The position numbers and the translations under genes are program-made. This document shows, in pieces, positions 18,433 through 26,600 of a DNA stretch of 32,000 bases. The notes under the pieces are model-generated. The model did not search any database. It saw only the letters and a program-made list of their open reading frames with translations, and was not told the origin of the DNA. Each line of letters opens with the position of its first letter. The stretch's first letter is position 1. The stretch is from Methanothermobacter sp. (lineage in GTDB: Archaea > Methanobacteriota > Methanobacteria > Methanobacteriales > Methanothermobacteraceae), in the NCBI RefSeq assembly GCF_030055435.1, contig NZ_JASFYG010000001.1, forward strand, positions 50,154-82,153. The letters run 5' to 3'.

Positions 18433-19125
18433 CTATAGGGATGCTGGGATTTCAGTGGAGTCAAGGGTTCTTACAAACTCCCTGGCATGTTGCAGGGTTC
18501 TTGAGTAGTCCTGGTACATGTAATTCTCATACAGTATGGCGGGTGTTCCACCCTGAATTATGGGTTCCGTTACATAGGCGGGGCTTGTCTGTGACTCAGG
18601 GAAATAGTAGGATAGCCAGCTGATCCTGGATGCAAGTTTCAGGGCTATCACCCTGCTCTGCTCGTGGGGGAGCGGGGTGAAAACGAACCTCCTCATACCA
18701 TAGTTGCCCCTGTTGGAGTGCACATCAACTGCCAGGCTGTAGTTACCCCTGGATACATCGGGTACCACGTATCTCCGTGCAAGGAGCTGTCCTGCCATCC
18801 TCCCCTTTTCGTAGTCCTCAGGGTTAAGTGTGACGTTGACCCGGTATACGAAGTACTTGTACCTCAGTTTATCCTGGTTCTCCTCAAGGACATGCAGCAC
18901 TGCCCTGTGGGAGTCCCTCTCAAGGGGGTGGACCCCTGTTATGTAGGCTATTTTCACCTCTGAGTCCGTGTTCCCGTAGGGTCCAAGTTTTTCAACTGTG
19001 CCCATCCTGTCTGAGCCTAGGACCACAGCTTCGTTCCCATCTGTGCTGTGGAATGGGGGGTTCAGCAGGTAAACCGTGATTAAGGTTCCCATGATTACGA
19101 GTGATATGATCAATTTTCTCTGCAT
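18433..19125 (-). CDS. Membrane-anchored/exported protein with HxxE...H zinc-hydrolase-like motif arrangement
   Basis: MQRKLIISLVIMGTLITVYLL is a signal anchor. ITGVHPLERDSH (H66, E69) and AVDVHSNRG (H136) recall metal ligands of M14/PghP-like peptidases. The assignment is weak. Confidence 0.7.
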   Translation of the reverse strand: MQRKLIISLVIMGTLITVYLLNPPFHSTDGNEAVVLGSDRMGTVEKLGPYGNTDSEVKIAYITGVHPLERDSHRAVLHVLEENQDKLRYKYFVYRVNVTLNPEDYEKGRMAGQLLARRYVVPDVSRGNYSLAVDVHSNRGNYGMRRFVFTPLPHEQSRVIALKLASRISWLSYYFPESQTSPAYVTEPIIQGGTPAILYENYMYQDYSRTLQHAREFVRTLDSTEIPASL

Positions 19126-19210
19126 ACTGAACTTCCATAGTACATTTTCCCTTAGATAAGGGTTTGTTTATTCAACAATAGTTATTAGCTTTCTATAAAA
19201 GAAAAGGGTA

Positions 19211-19774
19211 TCAGACACTCACCACTTCAGGTAGAGTGCCTGTTCTCCTGTATTCAACCAGAACCTGTCTGAAGATCTTTCTTGCAAGGGATGGGGTTAT
19301 GTCAGGGGATCCCTCAACATATATACCAACATGGTTGGGGCTTCTGCCATTGGCGTCCATCCAGGTGTATGTGCGCTCCGCCATATCGGTGTATTCGCTC
19401 CGTGTAAGGGTAACGGTATCCATGAACCCATAGGGGTCCTCAGGTCCACCGTATTCACCCACATGTATCTTTCCAGTTTCATTGAGTTCCAGCATCACAA
19501 CCCCCCTTGCAAAGATGTATAGTAACTGGGGGCCTGTGAAGTTGAATCCCCTGTAATTCACTGTACCGTTACCTGAGTCCATCTCAGCAAGTTCAAGGAC
19601 AGCCTGAAGGTTCAGCTGATATCCATCTGAGGTTTTTTCAACTGTTGCCGCTTCACCTTTATATTCTGAAACACTGCTGCCCTTAAATAACTGCAGTGCC
19701 CCAGCTGTCAACAGAAGAGCCACCATAACTGTTACAATAACCGGAATCATTCTGTCGGAATCCATATCACCCAA
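19211..19774 (-). CDS. Membrane-anchored protein with pseudomurein-binding-repeat-like segment
   Basis: The TM segment is MIPVIVTVMVALLLTAGAL. LTRSEYTDMAERTYTWMDANGRSPNHVGI resembles the PMBR consensus (..A.R...FI..N.RLPNYV.I, from memory). Confidence 0.65.
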   Translation of the reverse strand: MGDMDSDRMIPVIVTVMVALLLTAGALQLFKGSSVSEYKGEAATVEKTSDGYQLNLQAVLELAEMDSGNGTVNYRGFNFTGPQLLYIFARGVVMLELNETGKIHVGEYGGPEDPYGFMDTVTLTRSEYTDMAERTYTWMDANGRSPNHVGIYVEGSPDITPSLARKIFRQVLVEYRRTGTLPEVVSV

Positions 19775-20465
19775 CCCTGAAACTCCTTATAATTGTGTCT
19801 ATGTCATCCTGTATAAGTGAGATGTCATCAGATGTGAAAAGCAGGGAGTATTCATATGTGCCATCTGTGAATGCAATGTACTCCTGCTCCCCGTATCCGT
19901 ACTCTGAGTAATACGATGATTTGATGGAATATGCCCTTTTGCCATCAACCTCAAGCTCCCTCACATCTTCCACAATATCACCATTTTCATAACACACCTC
20001 AAGCCAGATATCCCTGAGTGTTTCAGCATCAAGGGATCCTGGCTTTTTATAGACTGTCATGATTGAACTCACACCACCCTTATAGGATTCAAGACTGACA
20101 ACTGCATCTGAACTCCACTCTTCTTCTGGGGATATGCTCCACGTCTCTGGGTAACTGAATGAGATACCATTTCTCTGAAATTTATTCCCGGGTGAATCTG
20201 TTAACTCTGACCCACCACTCGCCTCAAGACTATCATAACTGGAATCATCACTGTAATCGGTACTATAATCAGTGAATACCATGGCTGCAACTCCAATGAA
20301 GAGGATTATTATTGTTGGGAGTCCAGCAGTTATTAGAAACTTTGATGTATCGCTCTGCTTTTTCCACCAGCTGTTACTCCCGCCGGAGTTAAGCTTAGAC
20401 CCGCAGATGGAGCAGAAGACTGCATCTCTCCTGTTTTCTGATTTACAGTTTGAGCACCTTTTCAA
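19767..20465 (-). CDS. Zinc-ribbon / single-TM / extracytoplasmic-domain protein
   Basis: The N-terminus CSNCKSENRRDAVFCSICGSKL is a zinc ribbon. The TM segment is FLITAGLPTIIILFIGVAAMVF, followed by an acidic S/Y/D-rich linker and a C-terminal domain of about 140 aa. The gene overlaps the downstream gene by 8 nt. Confidence 0.7.
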   Translation of the reverse strand: MKRCSNCKSENRRDAVFCSICGSKLNSGGSNSWWKKQSDTSKFLITAGLPTIIILFIGVAAMVFTDYSTDYSDDSSYDSLEASGGSELTDSPGNKFQRNGISFSYPETWSISPEEEWSSDAVVSLESYKGGVSSIMTVYKKPGSLDAETLRDIWLEVCYENGDIVEDVRELEVDGKRAYSIKSSYYSEYGYGEQEYIAFTDGTYEYSLLFTSDDISLIQDDIDTIIRSFRVG

Positions 20466-20479
20466 ATGTACACCTCCAG

Positions 20480-20809
20480 TTAAAAAATTAAATTGGAACT
20501 GCTTATTAGCCCAAGAATAGCTGCAATACCAGGGAAAACTGTTTTGGGAATTACATAGCAGATATGCTTAGAGGAAGCCAGATCGCACTGACTATGAGGA
20601 TCACACAGCCCCTTCTGGGGTTGTTCCTTACATACTGATCCTATGATGCCCACAATGGAGGACGGTATTGCACTGACACCCAGATAGAGTAGTTCGGAGC
20701 CGAAAACCGAAAGTACAATGGCAAAAAGTCCTCCAAGCAAACCGAAGATTGCCCCAATTATTCCAAACACAGATTCAGGTGTTCTTGATGTTTCTACAGC
20801 ATCACTCAT
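20480..20809 (-). CDS. Small multi-pass membrane protein
   Basis: GAAGGTGA lies 6 nt upstream of the ATG. There are two clear TM segments (FGIIGAIFGLLGGLFAIVLSVFG, LYLGVSAIPSSIVGIIGSV). The C-terminal third is compositionally odd and may be degraded. Confidence 0.55.
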   Translation of the reverse strand: MSDAVETSRTPESVFGIIGAIFGLLGGLFAIVLSVFGSELLYLGVSAIPSSIVGIIGSVCKEQPQKGLCDPHSQCDLASSKHICYVIPKTVFPGIAAILGLISSSNLIF

Positions 20810-20922
20810 TATAACTCACCTTCATCAGATATTCAGGGCTGTTCTGTATATGCCCGGATCATCGTCACCCGCCAGGTCAGTGAATATCAGCAGTTCAACC
20901 TTCAGAGGCTGATTAAATGAAA

Positions 20923-21117
20923 TCAAGGCGCTGACCTGTTTTCGTGTCCCTGATGTTCCATGCAAGCGTGTCGTCGTAAAGCAGGTTCTGAGTCATCCAC
21001 TGAGGTGCATCTCAAGTAGGAGAAGTCCTTGATTGGTGTGATCTTTCCCTCAACACAGTAACTTTCATAGTCCTCTGGGACGACTTCAATATCTTCAACC
21101 CTGATTTTAGATTGGAA
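20923..21117 (-). pseudogene. Start-less 64-codon open frame: gene remnant or ATT-initiated small Cys/His protein
   Basis: The frame is open from the TAG at 21118-21120 to the TGA at 20923-20925. It encodes ..IRVEDIEVVPEDYESYCVEGKITPIKDFSYLRCTSVDDSEPALRRHACMEHQGHENRSAP*. There is no ATG/GTG/TTG near the 5' end. An in-frame ATT at 21090 lies 4 nt after AGGGTTGA (a weak SD). Confidence 0.2.
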
Positions 21118-21301
21118 CTATGTGTTCGATTTTTATGTACTGGATACTTCAGTAGCGGTGTTGTCTGGCGACCTCATCCCGGCCATTGTAACAACGAGTA
21201 TAAAAATCAAGACACAGTGCCCTGGATAACACCTACCTGGATGCTGAATTCTGTTCACCCCACCAGCTCATTTTATCAACCTCTTTTTGATCCAGAATTG
21301 T

Positions 21302-21628
21302 TCAGAGATGGAGTATGAAGTACTTCATTGCCTTTGTGAGTATACCCATTCCCACACCAGCTGCAAGGCCGGTTGAAAATCGCAGGAGATTGTTGCTTTC
21401 CCTGTAACCAAGTAGCTGTGTGAATCCGTCAAGGAATGTTGGTACTATCATAACTAATGCTGCTATTATCAGGGTGATATCATATTCAATCACTGTGAGG
21501 TATGCGTATATGAAGTATGAAAATGCACCTGTATATATGCCGGTACACCTTGAACATACAGGAAAATAGTGACCCCTTACTGAAAATGTTCTCTCTGGTT
21601 TTCTGTGGCACAGGTACTTCAGTTTCAT
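21302..21628 (-). CDS. DUF2085 family membrane protein
   Basis: CHRKPERTFSVRGHYFPVCSRCTGIYTG is the DUF2085 signature (CHQ.peRsF...fPvCaRCtGiy), followed by 3 TM segments. Confidence 0.8.
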   Translation of the reverse strand: MKLKYLCHRKPERTFSVRGHYFPVCSRCTGIYTGAFSYFIYAYLTVIEYDITLIIAALVMIVPTFLDGFTQLLGYRESNNLLRFSTGLAAGVGMGILTKAMKYFILHL

Positions 21629-22064
21629 CTGGACAACACCATCTCTGAAATGTCAATCAGGACAATTACTTAATTGATATCTCATTATATTTAAATGTTA
21701 ATCTTTTTCATTTACATTAATAAATTTTTTAGGGATGCGGGATAATCAATTTCATCATGAAATTCGCTGAAAATGTCCATTAACTTCATATACCTTATGA
21801 CAGATGATGGCCGAAGGATGATAAAGCACACATCCTCTGAATGGTATGAGCAAATTCGGTATAATCAAAGAGGGAATATACATTTTTTCACTGACACCTT
21901 CAATATAATTCCAGGATTTGGAATAAAAAAGAGTCTTTTCTGAATGTCAAGTAACATGGAGGAAAATATATATAGAATGATTAGAATAAGATAGCACAAT
22001 ATGTAATGAATTGTTTTCCCTCAACAAATCTTTGTGATAGGAAAATTTAAGGGAAGTGATAATA

Positions 22065-22658
22065 ATGGATACGACACTGATATCTACAATATACTCCATT
22101 GAGCCGGTGATGTTCTGTATAACACAGTTCTCACCAAAAAAGGTTGTACTGCTCAAGGAGGATAAGGCGCCGAGGGAGAAGGAACAGGTTGAACAGGTCC
22201 TCAGGGACACCCTGGGCAACTTCCTTGAGATAACAACCTTTGAGACGAGTCTTTATGATGTTGTCACCATTGCAAAAGATATGGTTGAGATCATAGATGA
22301 GGAAAGGGCCAATGGAAGGCGTGTCGTGGTTAATATAAGCGGTGGCAGGAAGACCCAGGCGCTCGGCGCACTCTTTGGCTGCTATGCAAGAAACCATGAT
22401 GTCCAGCGCATAGTATACGTGACTGAGGAGGATAACGAACTCATAGACCTCCCAATACTTAGCTTCGGGATCTCCAAGACCAAAAAACAGGTCCTTGAGG
22501 AACTCAAAGCCGGTGAAACATCGGTTAAGAACCTTGCAGTCAAGATAGGTATAAGCAGGGGGATGACCTACAACCACATAAGGGAACTCCGTGACATGGG
22601 GTTCATAGACCGTGAAAAGCTTGAAATAACCTCTGCAGGCGAACTTGCAGTGCTTTAA
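22065..22658 (+). CDS. CARF/Csa3-like ligand-binding domain fused to winged-helix DNA-binding domain
   Basis: The N-terminal Rossmann-like domain ends in the Gly-rich loop [21 protein letters not shown]. The C-terminal wHTH reads [34 protein letters not shown] 22065 lies 5 nt after GGGAAGTGA; the track start GTG 22056 lies inside the SD. Confidence 0.55.
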   Translation: MDTTLISTIYSIEPVMFCITQFSPKKVVLLKEDKAPREKEQVEQVLRDTLGNFLEITTFETSLYDVVTIAKDMVEIIDEERANGRRVVVNISGGRKTQALGALFGCYARNHDVQRIVYVTEEDNELIDLPILSFGISKTKKQVLEELKAGETSVKNLAVKIGISRGMTYNHIRELRDMGFIDREKLEITSAGELAVL

Positions 22659-22704
22659 ATCATTTTCATGGACACATCTTAACCTAGGAATTAAAGTGTC
22701 CTCA

Positions 22705-23571
22705 ATGCCAATAATCTCTTTAAACAGGACAAAAGATTTTTTTGGAAGAGAAAAGGAGATAAGAAGAATTAATGAAGCCCTCAATGACCCCGGATTTGTG
22801 GTTGTGACGGGTAAGATGGGCTCAGGGAAAACCGCTATTCTCAGGAGAATCCAGGAGGAAAACTCCAACAGGACGACCTTCATTGATATGAGGTGCACCG
22901 ATATCAGGAGGTCCCATGAGGGCATACCTGACTTCAGGAGGATAAAGATCCTTGCAAGAACCTTGGAGTGGAATATACTCCTTGACAGTATGCCTCCTGA
23001 GAAGTCATCCCTAATTGATGCATGGAAGATGTCACAGATGCACTGTATGCGGTGCGCTGTGGCGGTGAGGTACAGTGCAGCACTTATCAGGGATATTCAG
23101 GAGGAACTACCCAGGGCGGCTGTTGTTGAGGTGCCACCCCTCACAGAAAGAGACACAGAAAGGTACATAAGGTTCAGGGCACCGGCTTTCAGGGCTGTCA
23201 GGGCTGGAATAGAATATATCCATGAGGTCACAGGGGGCATGCCTCTATTCATTGACAGCTTCCTGAATGTCTTATCAGATGGAATCATATATGGTCCAGC
23301 GCTCCTTGAGGAGAACTTCAAGGCAAAGTTTCAGCAGATAGCCTTTCCATGGATCGCTGAACTTAACCGCCTGACCCTGAGGGAAAAGAATATACTGAGT
23401 CTCTTAAAGGACGGTCCCCTTGGAGGGGATGAAATACCTGCCAGTAGCAGTGAACTTCGGGAACTTGAACTCAGGGGCCTCATTGAGCTTCATGGAAATA
23501 GCTGGAGTCTCGGCTCAGAGCTGCTCAGAAGGGTCATTGTTGAACTTGAGAATCAGACGGGATGTATCTAG
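22705..23571 (+). CDS. P-loop ATPase of the archaeal ATPase (AAA+, PF01637-like) type with C-terminal wHTH-like domain
   Basis: FFGREKEIRRINEAL...FVVVTGKMGSGKTAIL is the Walker A region. NILLDS is a possible Walker B. VEVPPLTERDTERYI and VTGGMPLFI follow. The C-terminus reads LTLREKNILSLLKDGPLGGDEI...LELRGLIEL. The start is ambiguous among TTG 22645, GTG 22696 and ATG 22705. Confidence 0.65.
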   Translation: MPIISLNRTKDFFGREKEIRRINEALNDPGFVVVTGKMGSGKTAILRRIQEENSNRTTFIDMRCTDIRRSHEGIPDFRRIKILARTLEWNILLDSMPPEKSSLIDAWKMSQMHCMRCAVAVRYSAALIRDIQEELPRAAVVEVPPLTERDTERYIRFRAPAFRAVRAGIEYIHEVTGGMPLFIDSFLNVLSDGIIYGPALLEENFKAKFQQIAFPWIAELNRLTLREKNILSLLKDGPLGGDEIPASSSELRELELRGLIELHGNSWSLGSELLRRVIVELENQTGCI

Positions 23572-23600
23572 TTTTCATTCAATAAAAATATAAAATGGGG
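23572..23600. terminator. Shared convergent terminator region
   Basis: The 29-nt gap TTTTCATTCAATAAAAATATAAAATGGGG lies between convergent stops. It provides T-runs on both strands. Confidence 0.35.
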
Positions 23601-26600
23601 TTATCTGCCCCTCCAGTAACCGAATCCCACAAGGAACACAAGGGCCACAACACCTAGAAGTGCGTAAAGTGGCACCTGGGTTTCTGATGATCCGCTCTGG
23701 GTTGATGCTGAAACCTCATATGCTTTACCTGAGTCAGCACCCTTTTCTGTTTCACCAGGAGTAGCTTGACCCTGACTTTCAGCCGCTGAACCTGATGATC
23801 CTGTGTATGATTCACCTGATGAACCTGAGGGTCTCTGTCCTGTCATCCCGGCACTTTCACCATTACTGTCTGAACCTGAATGGCCTGGATTCCCTGAACC
23901 TCCTTCCTGTGGTACATCGACTGATGCGCCTGTTGCAGCTGCAAGGGCAGAGGCAAACCTTTTGAGGGATGCCTGGTTGACCGAGGAGACCTTAACAACC
24001 CAGTTATTGAAGACTATATTTGCACAGGTATGATGGCAGCACACCACACCATACTCTCCTGCAAGTTCAATGTAGCGGTTTGCAAGGTCCCTCAGGACAG
24101 CCTTATCTGCATTCCAGATGTTTCGCCTTGCAGCCTCAAGGACCCAGGCGATCATTGACTGGGTTGCAACAGCCTCATAGTCCCCTGATGCCCTGAACCT
24201 GTCACTGAGGAGGTTCAGTGCAAGCTGGTTCCACAGTTCATTGCTCACAGCACCTGTTGTGACGGCCATACCGAAGACATTCTTGTACCTTGAGGCGTAT
24301 TCCAGCCAGCCGCTTGGTGAGCTGAGGAGTGAGTCCATGTAGCGCGGGTTGAGGAGCTGGGATCTCACCTCAAGTTCAATTTCCTCTGCAACGGTCCTGA
24401 CTGTAACCGTTTTTCTGTTCCGTATATCCACCAGTGCGGTGTCAGGGTTGCCGCCGAGGTGGCGTGATGCAAGAACCATTCCACCGAACCAGTCATAGTA
24501 GTCGTCTGTGTCAATGAGCCTCCAGGTGCTGTCCAGGTTCTGTGTAACAAGGTTCACCTTACCCAGTAGGTACTGGAAGGTGCCCCTGTTCTGCTGTATA
24601 TCCACTCCCCGGGGGGTTGACCTCCAGGCATAGGAGACCCTTGAGAGGTAGACATCTGCAAGTTCAGCGCTGGTATTCCACCTTGAGGTTGCCGGTGTCA
24701 TATCTGATACCCCTGTACCCTCAAGCACGAGCCCCCTGAGTCCAAAGACACGGTCCAGTGAGCCGCATTCACTGTAGTGCCTCTTAACATAGTTTTCGGT
24801 GTCATTTGCCTCTGCAGCCATCTTAACAGCGGCGTTCATGAGGTCTATCCAGAGCTGGTTACCTGTGACGGCAGTTACAAATACGTCGATGCGCGGCCTT
24901 GGTATTTCAACGCCGTTCACTGTGATTCTGAGTTCTGATGCGTCCATGAGGACAGGTTCAGGTTTGACGTCACCGTTGGTGTTCCACTGGGGCTTAACCC
25001 CGAGGAGGTACATGAACTCTGCAATGGCAACCCCATCGGTCCTCAGAAGCTCTGTACCCCACATCACCATTCCGATGAGTTCAGGGAATTTTCCGTGCTT
25101 CATGTAGTACTCTGCAAGGAGGGTGTCTGTGATTTTCTTTGCGGTCTCCCAGGCGGCCCTTGTCGGCATCTTCTTGGGGTTGGTGGCGTAGAAGTTGGCG
25201 CCTGTTGGAAGCACATCACACCATGCAGGGTCACCTGCAAGGCCTGGCCTCACAAATCCACCTCCAAGGGCTGAAAGCAGGCTCTGCCATTCGGTGTTTC
25301 CACGTATCTTTCTGATCGTCTCATTGATGAATTCAAGGTCGGTGCCGTTTATACCTGCAGGGGCAGTGCCGTTTATGATGTTCCTGATCCATGTCCGTGC
25401 AAGGTTCTTGACCGAGGCTATCTCGTCACTGTATCTCAGGGGGTCCTTAAGCATTTCAGTGTAGACTGGCTTTGAGGGGTAGAGGGTTTTCCTGATGTTC
25501 TCCAGGAACTCTGACCTTGATGATGCTATGGTGAGAACCTCCTCAACCAGCTCCTCACCATCAAGCACCCTTCCCAGGCTGTGAAGTCCCAGGGGGATTA
25601 TGTCTGATTCTATCTCATGGAGACTGAGGTGGAGCCTCTCCAGGGCATCTGTGAAGTTTCCTGACATGTTGAAGCCCATCTCTGAGGCTCTGGATCTGAT
25701 CTGGGACTCAATGGCCGGGAGTATCTGGCTGTTACCAACCTTCAGGGCGTTCTCGTACTGGTGGATGAGGTCATGTATCTCAATGAGTTTACCGTAGAGT
25801 CCGCTCTCCACCATTGCAGGGGTCATGTGGTCGATTATGAGTGCCCCGCTCCGGTCCTTTGCAACCATGCCCTCCCCTGGATTTGAGACTATGTAGGGGT
25901 AGATGTTTGGTATCCCTGTGAGCTGGAATGGCCAGTCATCCTCCATGAGCCCTATCATCCTTCCAGGGAGGAACTCCAGTGTCCCGTGGGTTCCAAGGTG
26001 TATCATTGCATTTGCCCCGAAGACGTTCTCCATCCACCTGTAGAAGGCTATGTACTGGTGGTGTGGCGGCAGGTATGGGTTGTGGTAGTCTGTGACCTCA
26101 TCCCATCCACGTGCCGGCTGGACCGTCACGAAGATGTTCCCCAGCATTATACCCGGTATCACTATGCTGCCGTTCACCGTCATTATGTTGCCTGGTGCGG
26201 CCCCCCATTTTGATAGGACCTCTGACCTGAGTTTTTCAGGGAGTTTGCTGAACCATTCCAGGTATTTCTGCACATCAAGGAGCTGCCCGCTGGCCTGCAG
26301 TTCTGCCCTGTGCTCACTCACGTACCTCTCAAGGAGTGGCTGTGCCCAGGTACCCTTGTTACCAAACTCTGAGACTATCCTGTAGAGCTCCTCCACGTCG
26401 GGTATCCTTTCAACCCTGTAGCCTGTCTCGTTGAGCTTCACCAGGAGGTCGTGGAGGCTCCTGAAGACGTCCAGGTATGATGCCGTGAACCCATCCTTCC
26501 CCGGTGGGTAGCTGTAGAGTATCACCGCGATTTTCTTATCTGAATTGCTGAGTTCCCTGAGCCTTGCCCATCCATCGGCCAGTTTGACGATCTTCTCCAC

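Noticed and set aside
21797-21943. A 48-codon + strand ORF (MTDDGRRMIKHTSSEWYEQIRYNQRGNIHFFTDTFNIIPGFGIKKSLF) in the AT-rich gap upstream of the CARF gene.
   Set aside because: It has no SD and no recognisable motif, and it lies in a 17-30 percent GC spacer where such ORFs arise by chance. It cannot be supported from sequence alone.
22131-22925. A 264-aa minus-strand ORF spanning the CARF-wHTH and ATPase genes.
   Set aside because: It runs antisense across two + strand genes that carry recognisable motifs (Gly-rich CARF loop, wHTH, Walker A) and good SD/start contexts. It also crosses their intergenic junction. Its translation has no motif and an odd composition. It is most likely a shadow ORF.
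23572-23600. A recurrent CCCCAT plus T-run motif after the stops of all four minus-strand genes of the CobN-like cluster (also at about 30735-30761, about 29670-29706 and in each 61-bp unit). On the plus strand it reads AAAATGGGG, which looks like small ORF starts.
   Set aside because: Similar C-run plus TTTTATTTTT sequences follow unrelated genes elsewhere in the window (6552-6569, after 17210, after 19211). It therefore looks like the generic terminator style of this genome. The plus-strand ATGGGG mini-ORFs are 11-21 codons, antisense to coding sequence, and dissimilar to each other.
19800-23600. A possible horizontally acquired island, judged from lower GC and hypothetical genes.
   Set aside because: Hand counts of 60-nt samples give about 38-48 percent GC in coding parts, against about 48 percent in core genes. 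Only the intergenic gaps are strongly AT-rich. There is no integrase, transposase, tRNA target or flanking direct repeat. The evidence is insufficient without a computed GC and codon-usage profile.
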